A DNA stretch of 28,961 nt from Candidatus Parcubacteria bacterium (GCA_039798365.1 JBDKGD010000041.1:1-28961); one strand, 5' to 3'. Numbered from the stretch's first letter, positions 18,562 through 27,379 are shown. Numbers and translations are program-made. Notes: a model not told the origin generated them from the letters alone.

Positions 18562-18638
18562 AATAAACCTCCAGAAACAAGAAACAGAACTATATAATTT
18601 TCAAATAGACGCATTCTAAAAACGCGTATCTATCTTTA

Positions 18639-18668
18639 ATTATATCATATAAATCACTATTTTGTCAA
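18639..18668 (-). promoter_or_regulatory. Extended -10 sigma70 promoter of the 238 aa orphan
   Basis: Minus strand TTGACA (18668-18663), 18 nt spacer ending in TGA, then TATAAT (18644-18639). Confidence 0.7.
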
Positions 18669-18706
18669 TATTTATGTTGTACAAGAGGCAACAGGGTGAA
18701 AAATTC

Positions 18707-18736
18707 TTGACAGGACAGGAGGCGACTCAATAGAAT
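18707..18736 (+). promoter_or_regulatory. Sigma70 promoter of groESL
   Basis: TTGACA (18707-18712), 18 nt spacer, TAGAAT (18731-18736), directly upstream of the CIRCE. Confidence 0.8.
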
Positions 18737-18740
18737 GGTA

Positions 18741-18767
18741 TTAGCATTCTTCGGTCGAGAGTGCTAA
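18741..18767 (+). promoter_or_regulatory. CIRCE element (HrcA operator)
   Basis: TTAGCATTC-N9-GAGTGCTAA has one mismatch to the consensus TTAGCACTC-N9-GAGTGCTAA and lies upstream of groES. Confidence 0.95.
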
Positions 18768-18826
18768 TACCATGCGATACGGGATCTGACAAGATCATGC
18801 CAGGTGCTGATATCCGTGGAGCAGAT

Positions 18827-19129
18827 ATGTATACTACAATGCAATTAAAACCACTTTCTAACCATCTTATTATAGAACCAATGATGCAGGAAAAGATGAC
18901 CAAATCAGGCATCTATATTCCTGAAACCGCGGATCGAGAAAAACCAATGCAGGGCAAGGTCATAGCGGTTGGTCCGGGAAAAACAACCGATACCGGAGCG
19001 GTTATGCCAGTCGCAGTGCCGGTGGGCGCGATAGTTATTTTTAAAAAATACGGTCCGGATGAGGTCGAAATTGAAGGAACAAAGTATCTGATTGCCGAAG
19101 AGTCAGATATCCTTGCGATCGTCGAGTAA
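18827..19129 (+). CDS. groES: Co-chaperonin GroES; start is ATG 18827 or 18839, not 18761
   Basis: LKPLSNHLII, TKSGIYIP, GKVIAVGPGK and YLIAEESDILAIV. GGAG lies 5 nt before ATG 18827. Confidence 0.97.
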   Translation: MYTTMQLKPLSNHLIIEPMMQEKMTKSGIYIPETADREKPMQGKVIAVGPGKTTDTGAVMPVAVPVGAIVIFKKYGPDEVEIEGTKYLIAEESDILAIVE

Positions 19130-19153
19130 CAATTATTCATTTATACAGGTACT

Positions 19154-20800
19154 ATGGCAAAACAAATTATATTTAATGAACAGGCGCGTACTGCCATGAA
19201 GAAAGGCATCGATAAGCTTGCCGAGGCAGTGAAGATGACCCTTGGCCCGCGCGGTCGAGCGGTAGTAGTCGAAAAAAGCTACGGAGCTCCCCAGGTGACT
19301 CTGGATGGTGTAACGGTTGCCAAGGAGATAACTCTCGCGGATAAATACGAGAATCTTGGCGCGGAATTTATCAAGCAAGCAGCCGATAAAACCAACGATA
19401 ACGTAGGTGATGGAACAACCACATCGGTGGTGTTGGCGCAGGCAATGATTGAAGAAGGAGAGAAGTTGATAGCTGATCGGGGATTCAACGTCATCCAGTT
19501 GGCGGAGGAATTAAAAAATGGATCAGCCCAAGTTATTGCCGAACTTGAAAAACAGAAGGAAGTCATCAACGACATGAAAAAGGTTCAGGAGGTTGCGACG
19601 CTGTCGGCGAAGGACCATGAAATTGGTGAACTGATTGCCAAGGTTATGGAAAAAGTCGGAAAACAAGGAGTGGTCACGGTTGAGGATTCAAATACTATCG
19701 GCAACTCGTACGAAGTAGTAGAGGGAATGCAGTTTGACAGAGGGTACATCTCTCCCTACATGGTAACAAACCAGGAGCGCATGGAAGCAGTGTTGGAAAG
19801 TCCGCATCTCTTGGTGACCGATAAGAAAATATCATCAATCGCGGAGTTATTGCCGCTACTTGAGAAACTGGTACAAGCAGGAAAGAAAGAATTGGTCATT
19901 ATCGCCGAAGATGTCGATGGAGAAGCATTGGCAACATTGCTCGTGAATAAATTGCGCGGAGTATTTAGCGTACTAGCGGTAAAAGCCCCGGGTTTTGGTG
20001 ATCGTCGCAAAGAAATGTTACAGGATATCGCCATCGTAACCGGCGCGCAATTTATCTCAGAAGAAGTTGGGCGCAAACTCGACAGCGTGATGATCGAAGA
20101 TTTAGGTGTTGCGGGACGAGTTATTTCAACCAAAGATAATACCACTATCGTGGGCGGAAAAGGAGATCGAACGGTCATTGAAAAGCGCATGCAGCAGATC
20201 GAAGCGCAAATCAAAAAAACCGATTCGCAGTATGAGGTGGAAAATCTTCAGAAGCGGTTAGGGAAATTATCAGATGGCGTGGCAGTTGTAAAAGTTGGCG
20301 CGCCAACTGAATCAGCGCAAAAAGAGCTGAAGCAGCGTGTTGAAGATGCCATTGCGGCAACTCGCGCCGCCATGGAGGAGGGAATTGTTCCTGGGGGAGG
20401 CATGGCGTTATTTAACGTACTGTCCGGGCAGCCCTCAAAGAATTCAGAGGTGAAGACCGTAGTTGATGCCGCCGATCGTATTTTGCGACGGGCGATGGAG
20501 GCACCGATTATCGCTATTATCGCCAACAGTGGTGAAGCGCACAGCAAAATAGAAGAGCTGCGTCGCGAAAAGGAGAAAAATAAAGATATCTGGTTTGGAT
20601 TTAACGCTAAAACCAATCAACTTGAGAATCTGAAAGAAGCAGGGATTATTGATCCGCTCAAGGTAACAAAGACCGCGTTCATTAATGCGATATCGGTTGC
20701 CAGCACGTACTTAACAGTTGGTGCTGCGATTACCGAAATTCCCGAGAAGAAAGAGAAGCCATCGGGCATGCCGGGCATGGGAGGCATGGAGGATTACTAG
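19154..20800 (+). CDS. groEL: Chaperonin GroEL
   Basis: [56 protein letters not shown] and a GGM tail. Confidence 0.99.
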   Translation: MAKQIIFNEQARTAMKKGIDKLAEAVKMTLGPRGRAVVVEKSYGAPQVTLDGVTVAKEITLADKYENLGAEFIKQAADKTNDNVGDGTTTSVVLAQAMIEEGEKLIADRGFNVIQLAEELKNGSAQVIAELEKQKEVINDMKKVQEVATLSAKDHEIGELIAKVMEKVGKQGVVTVEDSNTIGNSYEVVEGMQFDRGYISPYMVTNQERMEAVLESPHLLVTDKKISSIAELLPLLEKLVQAGKKELVIIAEDVDGEALATLLVNKLRGVFSVLAVKAPGFGDRRKEMLQDIAIVTGAQFISEEVGRKLDSVMIEDLGVAGRVISTKDNTTIVGGKGDRTVIEKRMQQIEAQIKKTDSQYEVENLQKRLGKLSDGVAVVKVGAPTESAQKELKQRVEDAIAATRAAMEEGIVPGGGMALFNVLSGQPSKNSEVKTVVDAADRILRRAMEAPIIAIIANSGEAHSKIEELRREKEKNKDIWFGFNAKTNQLENLKEAGIIDPLKVTKTAFINAISVASTYLTVGAAITEIPEKKEKPSGMPGMGGMEDY

Positions 20801-20820
20801 TCCAACAGGCAAAAACGGAA

Positions 20821-20859
20821 AAAATAAAAATACCCGAACATGAAAGTGTTCGGGTATTT
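20821..20859. terminator. Terminator between convergent groEL and tmk
   Basis: AAATACCCGAACA (20828-20840) / TGTTCGGGTATTT (20847-20859), with an A-rich run on the left. Confidence 0.85.
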
Positions 20860-20863
20860 GGTA

Positions 20864-21547
20864 TCACGCTATTTCCGTAAATTGAATCTCCTTAAATCGC
20901 GCGCTGATCTGCTCGCAGATACGTCGGTGAATCAATTCCGCCGGCAATACGCCGCAAGGTTCAGACTGATCCATGCAGTCAATAGAAACAAATTGATCAG
21001 GGAATAACTGAACCAGCTCAACGTATGTCTGATAGCTGTGGAGTAAAAACGCACCGTTGCGCTCATGGCCATCCGGGGGAGCTCCGCGATCGACAATGAG
21101 GCGTTGCGATGCGAGAGGGTCAACCAACAAAACCAATGAAATATCGGGTCGAGGAATGTCAGCATGATTATACTCAAGGTTAAATATGTAATGAAAGAAA
21201 TCAGCTCGTTTTTTCGGATCGGTAATTTTTGATCCTTGGTGCGCAAGATTAGATCCTACGTATCGATTACAGATGCCGATCGCACCGGATTCTAGCTGCT
21301 TTCGAATTATCTTGGCATGCGCGAAGCGATCAAGGATGAATGGGAGTGCCGCAATATAAGGGTTAACAGCGGTCGGATCACCCCAGCCGCCCTGCAGATA
21401 TTCAGAAATGACACTGCCTGTGGCTGATGAGTAGCAGGGAAAATCAGCAATAAAAAATTTGTAACCACATCTGGCAAGGCGCGTAGCCAAGAGGGTGGTT
21501 TGGGTTGTTTTGCCAGATCCATCAGATCCTTCAATGACGATAAACAT
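20864..21547 (-). CDS. tmk: Thymidylate kinase
   Basis: FIVIEGSDGSGKTTQ P-loop, ADFPCY, LDRF, CNRYVGSN and PRPDISLVL. Confidence 0.92.
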   Translation of the reverse strand: MFIVIEGSDGSGKTTQTTLLATRLARCGYKFFIADFPCYSSATGSVISEYLQGGWGDPTAVNPYIAALPFILDRFAHAKIIRKQLESGAIGICNRYVGSNLAHQGSKITDPKKRADFFHYIFNLEYNHADIPRPDISLVLLVDPLASQRLIVDRGAPPDGHERNGAFLLHSYQTYVELVQLFPDQFVSIDCMDQSEPCGVLPAELIHRRICEQISARFKEIQFTEIA

Positions 21548-21693
21548 AAATCGTGTTGTATCTCCTAATAAAAATAGTATAGACTGTGAAACAGCTAAAA
21601 TTCATGATATCTGAATGTCTGCGCGGTCCGCAAGAAAACAGACGCAAGATGATCATTTGGATATATATTGACAATAAGACAATAGGAGAAAGT

Positions 21694-22803
21694 ATGAAGA
21701 AAAAAGGAGCATTAACTGACGTAAACATACAACGACTGTTGAGTCAGGGTAACATAATATGTGGTGAACCTGCCTGTATCAACCCAGCATCAGTTGACCT
21801 GCGCACGACGGAAGAGATATATCGGATCGACGCGTGGATTCTGCCAAATCACGGTCAGAAAATTTCGGATATGATGCGCGCGGTAAATCCAGTGCAAGTT
21901 AGTATAAATGGAGTATTGGAGCGTGGCGCGAAATATCTGGTAAGGACGAAAGAGCGATGTGCGCTACCGAAGGAAGTCTATGGGTATTGCAATGCAAAAT
22001 CATCGATCGGTAGATTAGGTGTCGATGCGCGGGTGATCGTGGATGGGGTTAATCGATATGATTCAATTCCAAGAGGATACGAAGGTGACGCCTGGATCAT
22101 GCTGTCACCACGGCATATCCCAATTCGCATGGATGAGGGAAGTCGACTGGTGCAGTTGCGACTATTTAACGGAGACACACGGTTCACCGAGAAACTGGTG
22201 TGCCGCGCGCTAAATAGTGTGCCAGGAGGGCTCATATACCGTAAGGATGGTACGCCAATTCGCTACGAAGACATCAAATCAAGTGATTTCGACGGTTCGG
22301 TAATTCTCGGTATTAACTTGGAAGAAGAGATATCTGGGTGGGAGTGTTTGGATAATAACAGACCACTCGACATAGAAAAAAGAGGATATAATCCAACCGA
22401 TTTCTTTCGCCCTATATACGAATCACCAGAGGGGGTGTTTTTATCAAAGAAAAGATTTTATATCTTCATGACGAAGGAACAAGTGTCCGTTCCGCCACAT
22501 CTTGCCTGCGAAATGCGGCCAATAGATGAGCGTGCCGGAAGTTTTCAGGTGCACAAGGCAGGATACATTGATCCGGGCTATGGGTATGGACAAAATGGAC
22601 AAGGACGTGGCAGGCCAATTGTTCTTGAGGTAACACCCTATGACGATATGTTGGTTCAGAATGAGCAGGCGATAGCAAAAATCTGTTTTGAGCAAACGTG
22701 CCAACGATCAAAAAAACACTACGATCATCCCGATCGAAACTCTCACTACACAGACTCAACACCATTTCCTCGGTTAGCAAAACAATTTGATCTATGGAAA
22801 TAG
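21694..22803 (+). CDS. dcd: dCTP deaminase, long duplicated-domain type; start reassigned to ATG 21694
   Basis: INPASVDLR, NAKSSIGRLG (cf. NPKSSTGRLD), HKAGYIDPGYG (cf. HYAGFFDPGFG) and VLEV with the catalytic Glu. An AGGAG SD lies at 21684-21688. Confidence 0.85.
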   Translation: MKKKGALTDVNIQRLLSQGNIICGEPACINPASVDLRTTEEIYRIDAWILPNHGQKISDMMRAVNPVQVSINGVLERGAKYLVRTKERCALPKEVYGYCNAKSSIGRLGVDARVIVDGVNRYDSIPRGYEGDAWIMLSPRHIPIRMDEGSRLVQLRLFNGDTRFTEKLVCRALNSVPGGLIYRKDGTPIRYEDIKSSDFDGSVILGINLEEEISGWECLDNNRPLDIEKRGYNPTDFFRPIYESPEGVFLSKKRFYIFMTKEQVSVPPHLACEMRPIDERAGSFQVHKAGYIDPGYGYGQNGQGRGRPIVLEVTPYDDMLVQNEQAIAKICFEQTCQRSKKHYDHPDRNSHYTDSTPFPRLAKQFDLWK

Positions 22804-22882
22804 CATGTTGTTTTGGGGAGATGAGACGTGTTGTATAACAGCATTGTGCGAAAACACAAAAGAAAATACAGGAGGTTGCAGT

Positions 22883-24580
22883 ATGAGTGAAATTGACAAG
22901 TACATGCAGCAATGGATCGATGAAGAAATATTCGAATTCACGGACAAAGAAGAAGCAGTCTTAAGTTGCTTCTTCACGAATACAAACAAACGGATATATT
23001 TTATGCACTCACTGCCTGCCAATATAGCGGCGGCACTGTTTGCAATGTTTTCTCGTTTAAAAAATCCGAGGGGACTGCGAGGACTATTCATTGATGCGTT
23101 TCTGCCAGAAATAATTGTAGGAACCATGAAGGATCAAGGTGAATCAGGTCTAACTTCATCTCAGATAATCCAGAAATACGGGGCAACGGATTGGCAGTCA
23201 TTTTTAGAAAAAGTGCCAGGCGCAAAATCCGCTGCCCAAGAATTTATTAATACAATAGGCACCAATCCGGAGTATCTTGTTGCGGTGTCGAATGTTGAAC
23301 GAGTGTCTGGAATGCTGCGCCGGTGGCTTGATGCGTATGGACATAATTCAATCGCGCGAACCGCCCATGTGTATCTGTGCTGTGAATGCATATCAATTCT
23401 GGCAGTAAAATGCATGGAATGGAGCAGACCAGGCGTAGGATACATCGAAGCTTCAACAAGGTTTTTGCGTATGGATGCCAAAGGAGTATTTCCTGTGGGT
23501 CAACTATTGGGTGAATACGGGATAGCATCGTCTGAAATAGGAGATGGTATTGAGCGAGCATTCGAAGTGTATCGATATCATCTGGAGCATGAGCAGGGGT
23601 TGCTGTATTACTTACGTCAGCAGTACGCATACTTGGTGGAAGACGGGACACTAACTCAAAAACAGTTTGCTATGGCGGTTGAAGGCGAGGTGTGTGATGT
23701 GCTGGGCAACGTACTGCCAGCGGCAACACTGACATCGGTTGGGGTGGGAGTTTCGGGAGAATCTTTGGGGACAATTTTACAGCATTTGTCCCTCGATGAA
23801 ACACCAGAGAACAACGCCATTATACTGGCAATCATCCGCGAGGCAGAAAAAACAGGAGCAGTGCAATTTATAAAGCACTGGGAGCCAACATTGTGGAAAA
23901 AAGAAGGGTGGAGGTACCTGAGTACAAAAATGTTCAATCCAAAACAGAATATTCCGCGACTGATAACTCCTATCGATATAAAGGCAATGGAAACAACCAT
24001 AGCAACATTGATAGGGATGCGAGATGGATGGGAATCGTGCGCGGGAATGGATTCTGTCATTGAGTCCTTGTTAAAAATCAAGCGGTGTATGCACGACAAG
24101 CTTCCCAATGAGTTTGAGAGTGTGTGCATAATGGTTGCGGGCTTGATGACGTTTCGTACTTGGCGGGACATACAACGTCATGGATTGTGCACTCACAACC
24201 GAACAGCGGTGATTCCGGAGTTGGGATTCTACCAGTATCCCAAACCGCACCCAGCGCAACTGGATATTGATTTTCAAAGGATACATCAACAAAACAGAGC
24301 ATTATTTTTGAAAATGCAACAAAGCGAAGTGCCGGTTCGGTTGTGTGAATATCTAATGGCGTTGGGTACTATTATTGGATACACGGTGGGCGCAAACATG
24401 TCACAGTGGGAATTTATGATGTGGCAGAGAACAAAACACGGTGTCCACGATGAAGCCAGAAGAAAAATGCTAGAAATAGATATGATGTTCCAAGAGGAGA
24501 TACCATGGTGGAGTCTGTTCTCCCGCACCGATCGAACGCCGCAGTATATCTTTGCCAGAACTCCGAAGCCAATTCTATGA
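22883..24580 (+). CDS. thyX: FAD-dependent thymidylate synthase, tandem Thy1-domain type; start reassigned to ATG 22883
   Basis: YGHNSIA (GHxSI), IEASTRF (ExSxRY/F) in the first half and WRDIQRHG (RDLQRHR-like) in the second. An AGGAGG SD lies at 22870-22875. Confidence 0.78.
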   Translation: MSEIDKYMQQWIDEEIFEFTDKEEAVLSCFFTNTNKRIYFMHSLPANIAAALFAMFSRLKNPRGLRGLFIDAFLPEIIVGTMKDQGESGLTSSQIIQKYGATDWQSFLEKVPGAKSAAQEFINTIGTNPEYLVAVSNVERVSGMLRRWLDAYGHNSIARTAHVYLCCECISILAVKCMEWSRPGVGYIEASTRFLRMDAKGVFPVGQLLGEYGIASSEIGDGIERAFEVYRYHLEHEQGLLYYLRQQYAYLVEDGTLTQKQFAMAVEGEVCDVLGNVLPAATLTSVGVGVSGESLGTILQHLSLDETPENNAIILAIIREAEKTGAVQFIKHWEPTLWKKEGWRYLSTKMFNPKQNIPRLITPIDIKAMETTIATLIGMRDGWESCAGMDSVIESLLKIKRCMHDKLPNEFESVCIMVAGLMTFRTWRDIQRHGLCTHNRTAVIPELGFYQYPKPHPAQLDIDFQRIHQQNRALFLKMQQSEVPVRLCEYLMALGTIIGYTVGANMSQWEFMMWQRTKHGVHDEARRKMLEIDMMFQEEIPWWSLFSRTDRTPQYIFARTPKPIL

Positions 24581-24615
24581 TCGCAGTAACGAAAAAACAA
24601 CAAAAACAAATCAAC

Positions 24616-24650
24616 AGATCAGCACTCCGCAAGTGCTGATCTCTTTTTTT
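24616..24650 (+). terminator. Rho-independent terminator of dcd-thyX
   Basis: AGATCAGCACT-CCGCA-AGTGCTGATCT followed by CTTTTTTT. Confidence 0.9.
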
Positions 24651-24660
24651 AGTAGCCGCA

Positions 24661-24669
24661 TGGTATAAT
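24661..24669 (+). promoter_or_regulatory. Extended -10 promoter, probably giving a leaderless mRNA
   Basis: TG-G-TATAAT followed by exactly 6 nt (AAAAAA) and ATG 24676; no SD. Confidence 0.7.
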
Positions 24670-24675
24670 AAAAAA

Positions 24676-26877
24676 ATGGAAGCACCGAGATTAAAGAGAG
24701 ATATGCCAGAAACTGATACAAAAGAATTAATAAGTCTTGCGCCGCCGCGACCGCCCTACGACAAAAAAGACACAGTGCAATTAAAAAGAGCAAACCCGAC
24801 AAGCATCAATCCCAACAATACAACTCCGATAGAAGGTCGCAGTAACATGCCGCCACCGGAAGATTTAGAAACAATTCTTGTGTCTGGGACGCATGAAGCA
24901 GATGGCAACAACGAGAGAGTTCCCAGAACAGAGAAAGATCTTGCAACAATCGTAGAGCGCGATGGAAAACGGTATTCATTTGATCAAGCTCCAACGGATG
25001 CTTTAACCAATGAAAGAAGGAAACAAGCAGAAGATCAAGCCAAGCAAGAATTAATGACGCTGATTGAAGAAAACGGAACACTAAGACGGTCAAACAGACA
25101 GTTTACTCAAGACTTAACAAAAAAAGAATCATCAGTAAAAGAGCAAGATGATCCTTTTCGAGAGACAATGTCGGCAATAAACTCAGCTCAACACCAGCCA
25201 CACACCCCAAGTTCTCCTGCAAGCTATGATACAGCAGATCTGGCAGGACCAGCTGTATCACCAGCTGAAAAAGATGAAATAAATCGGCGCATGAGCCAGA
25301 TACCAACCATAGCACAAGCTCCGGTAGAAAATAATATAAATCCGCCGCCGGTCAATTTTTCTGACACGCAAGAACTAAACCAAGGCAGAACCGGCAACAC
25401 AATAGATTTAAATGTGTCACGACAGTTTAACAAACCAGGCAGAACAATATTTACGGTGGATGGAAAATCGTTATTACCAGCCGATACTGATCCAAATTTT
25501 GACGGTAGCGCCCCAGGGTCTATAGCGGGAAAACAAAAAAAATTAGAAGCGATGATGGGTGAAAGGAGAGAAGCATTTTTTGAAGAGACACTGGAGCTTC
25601 CCAACAATATCATGCCGCCGGTTGCTGTTGAGATGCACGTATGGCAAGATCCTACATCCTACAGAAGCGAATATATAAAACAGTATGTCGGACCAAGGGT
25701 AGAGGGTCCCAGGCAGCGAGTGGCCGTTATTGGCAAGGAAACATTTGTAGCGGTACGAGTGCCCGATAACTATTTTAAAACCGATGCAATTAAGACTATA
25801 GAGGATGTGCAGTTGGTGTTGAGCGGTTTAGATGCGTTTGAGAAAAAATGGTGCAACAAAAAAGATTTCCCCGAGGGAGGCACCAGATATTTGCAATATA
25901 AATTTACACAACGCGAAGCAGGTGGCGAAACAAAACAAACAACAGTTCAACTTCCCGATAAACACCCTGTGTTAGTAGTAAATAAGATGTACCGTGTTCT
26001 AGAAGAGGTGCCGAACGTGCAACACGCTGGAGTGCCGCAACCAGAAGATGCGCAGTCGCTCGGATCCCAGCAAGTGCGCACAGCGCTTGCTATTACCGAT
26101 ATACAAAATGAAATAGCAAATGCATACCACATAGCAGAGCACGGAGTTGGAATAGCCGAAGGTATTTTCGATTCTTCCGACATCGATCACCATATACGAG
26201 TTACCGCGGGAGCCAAAGAAGTAGTGCTGAAAGAACAGTTTAAAAAAATGGGGCGTGACATAACCGATCCGGCAGTTCAAGCAGAAATCAAGAAAAAAGC
26301 ATTTGAGGGGTTAATCAGTCAATTGCCAAATGAAATAGAAGATGCGGTAAGCGCGCATGCGGGAGGACTAACATCGCAAATGACGGGCATGATAAGAACA
26401 GGAGGGTTGCGTGAAAAAGTAAATGAGCTATTTATTGAAAAAATTTCCTCTGACAATGCGCAATTTATAAGAGATGCGGCAAAAGAGTTTCACGGCGGCA
26501 AAATTGTGGACATATTTTTCCACCCAGATTCAGGAGCGATATTTGGACTATGGGAGAGCGAGAAAGGAAAACCGATCATCATAACGCCCCATATCAACCT
26601 ATTTAAACCGGAAGAACCTGCCAAATCCGACGCGAAACAAAAAAAGGCAGAAGAATTTGCTATACCTTATCTCGACCAATTAAAACCGGAAAAATTAGCA
26701 CAGAGGTATCAGGAAACAATGTCGCGATTGATATCATCAGGAAAGCTTATGACGGCAATCGTAACAGTAAAGGATGGGGCATTAACAGTAGATTCGCAGG
26801 TATCAGCAAAAGCTGATATGTGTCGAGGTGTCTTGGAGGAGACTGTTAAAGAATACAACAAAGAAAAAGATCATTGA
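24676..26877 (+). CDS. Hypothetical protein (733 aa) with a Pro/polar low-complexity N-terminal third
   Basis: A 2.2 kb ORF with its own promoter. I see no signal peptide, TM segment or recognisable domain. Confidence 0.85.
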   Translation: MEAPRLKRDMPETDTKELISLAPPRPPYDKKDTVQLKRANPTSINPNNTTPIEGRSNMPPPEDLETILVSGTHEADGNNERVPRTEKDLATIVERDGKRYSFDQAPTDALTNERRKQAEDQAKQELMTLIEENGTLRRSNRQFTQDLTKKESSVKEQDDPFRETMSAINSAQHQPHTPSSPASYDTADLAGPAVSPAEKDEINRRMSQIPTIAQAPVENNINPPPVNFSDTQELNQGRTGNTIDLNVSRQFNKPGRTIFTVDGKSLLPADTDPNFDGSAPGSIAGKQKKLEAMMGERREAFFEETLELPNNIMPPVAVEMHVWQDPTSYRSEYIKQYVGPRVEGPRQRVAVIGKETFVAVRVPDNYFKTDAIKTIEDVQLVLSGLDAFEKKWCNKKDFPEGGTRYLQYKFTQREAGGETKQTTVQLPDKHPVLVVNKMYRVLEEVPNVQHAGVPQPEDAQSLGSQQVRTALAITDIQNEIANAYHIAEHGVGIAEGIFDSSDIDHHIRVTAGAKEVVLKEQFKKMGRDITDPAVQAEIKKKAFEGLISQLPNEIEDAVSAHAGGLTSQMTGMIRTGGLREKVNELFIEKISSDNAQFIRDAAKEFHGGKIVDIFFHPDSGAIFGLWESEKGKPIIITPHINLFKPEEPAKSDAKQKKAEEFAIPYLDQLKPEKLAQRYQETMSRLISSGKLMTAIVTVKDGALTVDSQVSAKADMCRGVLEETVKEYNKEKDH

Positions 26878-26902
26878 CTTAGAATAGGTGTATCAGTATA
26901 AT
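26874..26902 (+). promoter_or_regulatory. Sigma70 promoter overlapping the upstream stop codon
   Basis: TTGACT (26874-26879, containing the TGA stop), 17 nt spacer, TATAAT (26897-26902). Confidence 0.75.
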
Positions 26903-26956
26903 AAAAAACAGTAAGTTCTTGTCTCATAATAAAGAGCTAAGAGAAAGGAGTGCAGT

Positions 26957-27319
26957 ATGGATACTATGGATACGTCTGAATCAGTGATTCAAGATAATAT
27001 ATTATTTTTTGAACAACATTTAAATCAGGCATATATGCGAGAGTCGGTCATCTATATGCCTCGCGAAGAGGCGACCACCCCGCCGCCGCGAGATATGCTT
27101 CTATTGGTGAATGGCAAGACGGGAAAAATAATTGCTATCGGAAATACACTAGCCGTCGAAAAAGGAATAATTTCTGTGCCGGTGAGCGTAGGCGAAGATA
27201 GTACGATAGATACAGGATTATTCCCGAAAGAATTATTAGGCGAAGGGAGAGAAAATTTAGTCAGAACTTTGCAGGTTTGGAACCAGAGCATCCATGAAAA
27301 ACCGGTTGAGGTAAGTTGA
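26957..27319 (+). CDS. Hypothetical protein (120 aa)
   Basis: AAGGAG SD, a near-consensus promoter and a downstream hairpin. Confidence 0.72.
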   Translation: MDTMDTSESVIQDNILFFEQHLNQAYMRESVIYMPREEATTPPPRDMLLLVNGKTGKIIAIGNTLAVEKGIISVPVSVGEDSTIDTGLFPKELLGEGRENLVRTLQVWNQSIHEKPVEVS

Positions 27320-27345
27320 GGTATAGTATAATAAACAGCAACGCC

Positions 27346-27379
27346 CCCCCTTTGGTACTTCCAAAGGGGGATTTATATT
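27346..27379 (+). terminator. Hairpin, probable terminator
   Basis: CCCCCTTTGG-TACTT-CCAAAGGGGG perfect 10 bp stem followed by ATTTATATT. Confidence 0.7.

Noticed and set aside
18761-18826. ORF-track extension of GroES and a possible RNA thermometer in its leader
   Set aside because: The extension starts inside the CIRCE. The leader stems (GATCT/AGATC, ATATC/GATAT) are only 5 bp and match no known thermometer.
10132-20800. Inteins or introns in UvrA, UvrB or GroEL
   Set aside because: Protein lengths are normal and I see no splice-junction motifs or insertions.
21694-22803. dcd as an anti-phage dCTP-depleting defence enzyme
   Set aside because: Known defensive dCTP deaminases (AvcD-type) are Zn-dependent cytidine-deaminase-fold proteins with a kinase-like domain. 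This protein has dUTPase-fold Dcd motifs and sits in a thymidylate biosynthesis context.
21586-22882. ORF-track N-terminal extensions of dcd (from 21586) and thyX (from 22787)
   Set aside because: Better ATGs with SD sequences exist at 21694 and 22883, and the extensions look non-coding or overlap the upstream gene.
19133-24632. Minus-strand and alternate-frame ORFs within groEL, tmk, dcd and thyX
   Set aside because: They lie within or largely overlap well-supported genes and show no independent coding evidence.
24620-24640. AGCACTC...GTGCT resemblance to a second CIRCE
   Set aside because: Spacing and arms do not fit. It is the stem of the thyX terminator with a T-tract.
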